Shown one piece after another: positions 62,328 through 64,000 of a stretch of 64,000 nt of DNA; position 1 is the first letter of the stretch, and every line of letters starts with the position of its first letter. The notes beneath the pieces are model-generated. The model did not search any database. It was not told the DNA's origin and saw nothing but the letters and a program-made list of their open reading frames with translations. Position numbers and translations under genes: made by a program. The stretch lies in assembly GCA_964188305.1 (NCBI GenBank), contig OZ076885.1; one strand, given 5' to 3'. The stretch is from Podarcis bocagei. Lineage: Eukaryota.

Positions 62328-64000
62328 TATATATATATATATATATATAAAAATTCACATGCACAGGGCTGAACTGTAAATTATAGAATGCTTAGCAATA
62401 ATTATAATAACAGCTATTTGGATTGTCTGACAGTTTTATCAGACATAGAGCTAGAATGTAAGGCACAAATGCCAACAGATCTTAGGGGGAAAGCCTATTC
62501 TTTAGGAGACAGCATTATCCAATGGTTCACACAGTCCATCCGATGGTGGAACGTCACGTATGGTGACTGTATCTTACACACTGGATTTTAATCCAGTTAG
62601 ATTCATACTTTGGTCTGTTAGTTTTATGTACAACACTTGCATACGCATGCTTCTTACAAATGTAAAAATGATATATTTTTATTTCTTATACACAGATCAA
62701 TTATACATAAAAATAAAAATGGGAGCCGCATGATAATACACATTATATGCACAGCTAATTTTTTAGTCTGTGGGAAAAATCTGTTTTGTATTTTGCATTC
62801 AAAGCAGCTCTAGCAATGAAGGAATATTTTCATCATTATTTTATCAAATGATTTTGCTTAGTTGAGTCCAAGCAAACAAGCTTTCTTTAATGTTTTTTCT
62901 TCTACATTATTCCAAAACCTCAGCAACAAGACCCCTCCCCACATGCATTTGCTTATAATTTCACCCTACTTTTTCTCTTTTTGCTCTAACTTCCCTTTCA
63001 TGTGCCTCTCAACTTTCATTTACTATTCATATATTTACTTTGCATACACTCTTTCTCTATCTCCAAATCATTAGTAGCTATTGTGGGGAGAGGAAAGCAG
63101 TTGAAAAGATTACTGCAAGGGCACTTTCAGACCACACTTCTCTCCTGTTCTTCCAATCTTTTCTGCATTTTTAGGGAATAAATCTCTTAAAAGTCCTGAA
63201 ACTCCAAACACACTCTCTTTCCTTCTGTGTCTCTTTCAGATTCTCACCAGTTTGGCCTCAGGCTAGTTTCGTAATAATAAAAAATCCCAAACCTGATATT
63301 CAGCATGAGATCCATAACACAGCAATCTCACTCTGAACAATACGTTTCATTACAGCAGCTCTATTGACTCCTTTGCTTGAAATAGTTTGAATTTCCCACC
63401 AGCTCAGTTGTGTGATATTTGGCCTCTTTTAGGCTAGCTAGCTCTTCCTAGAGGAAACCTACAGGGCAAAGAATAGAAAGCTCATGAGCCCTGAGGGCTT
63501 GTTTCAAAGAATACAAAGTCTTAGAAAAAAAGTTTACTGGAGCTGTAGTTTGGTATGAATAAAGTCTTCAACAGCAGACTATTCTGAGTATATATTATCA
63601 TCTTATTCCAGTTGCCACTTAGAGCTGTGGCATCATCCTAGAAAGCCAAATTCAAATTTTTACTGAAGCTATAATTTTGGATGTATACGGTAATTGATAG
63701 CAGATCATGCTGAGGACATATCACCATCTAATTCCAGTTGCAGTTTTGAGCTGAGATGTCATTCTAGAAAGCCAAATTTGAAATTTCACAGGTTTTAAGA
63801 GCTCTAGGGTAACTTTCAGACAGAACTATACTGAAACTCACCCACTGTGAGTTTTTGCACGGCATATACTGCTGGTTATTTTTATGTTACTAGTCCTGGA
63901 ATATCCACAGCAAATAACCAGAGGAAGAATGACTGCTGGGAGAATGCAGAAAGAAAAAATGTCATAGTATACCCCTACCAGCACAACAGACGCCTTCATC

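Noticed and set aside
1-64000. CRISPR arrays, operons or prokaryotic defence systems
   Set aside because: The sequence is eukaryotic, with no regularly spaced repeat-spacer arrays or dense ORFs

Overview
Vertebrate non-coding DNA, AT-rich, with no long ORFs. The repeats (Sauria/Squam1 SINE, Squam3-like and tRNA-Lys SINEs, CAGTGGTACCTC Tc1/mariner MITEs, hAT MITEs, L2/CR1/L1 relics) point to a squamate, most likely a lacertid lizard. It looks like a very large intron or gene desert with probable conserved non-coding elements. I could not name a host gene; the only coding candidates are a 30-nt minus-strand exon (VLVEQLKMMK) and two partly N-masked minus-strand exon candidates. The most notable structures are: (1) a Penelope-like retroelement end in a (TA)n tract, forming a perfect 78-bp hairpin with a minimal hammerhead ribozyme motif; (2) a complete 1.9-kb polyA-tailed, TSD-flanked L1-type non-autonomous retroposon with one intact ~197-aa ORF and no reverse transcriptase; (3) one Sauria SINE split by a local inversion, with an inverted ~150-bp duplication at the breakpoint; (4) an LF-SINE relic and a ~220-bp ancient-looking palindrome; (5) four N-runs of 132/156/156/132 nt in unique, conserved-looking sequence that look like masking rather than scaffold gaps. 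Family names come from recalled consensus motifs, not database searches.
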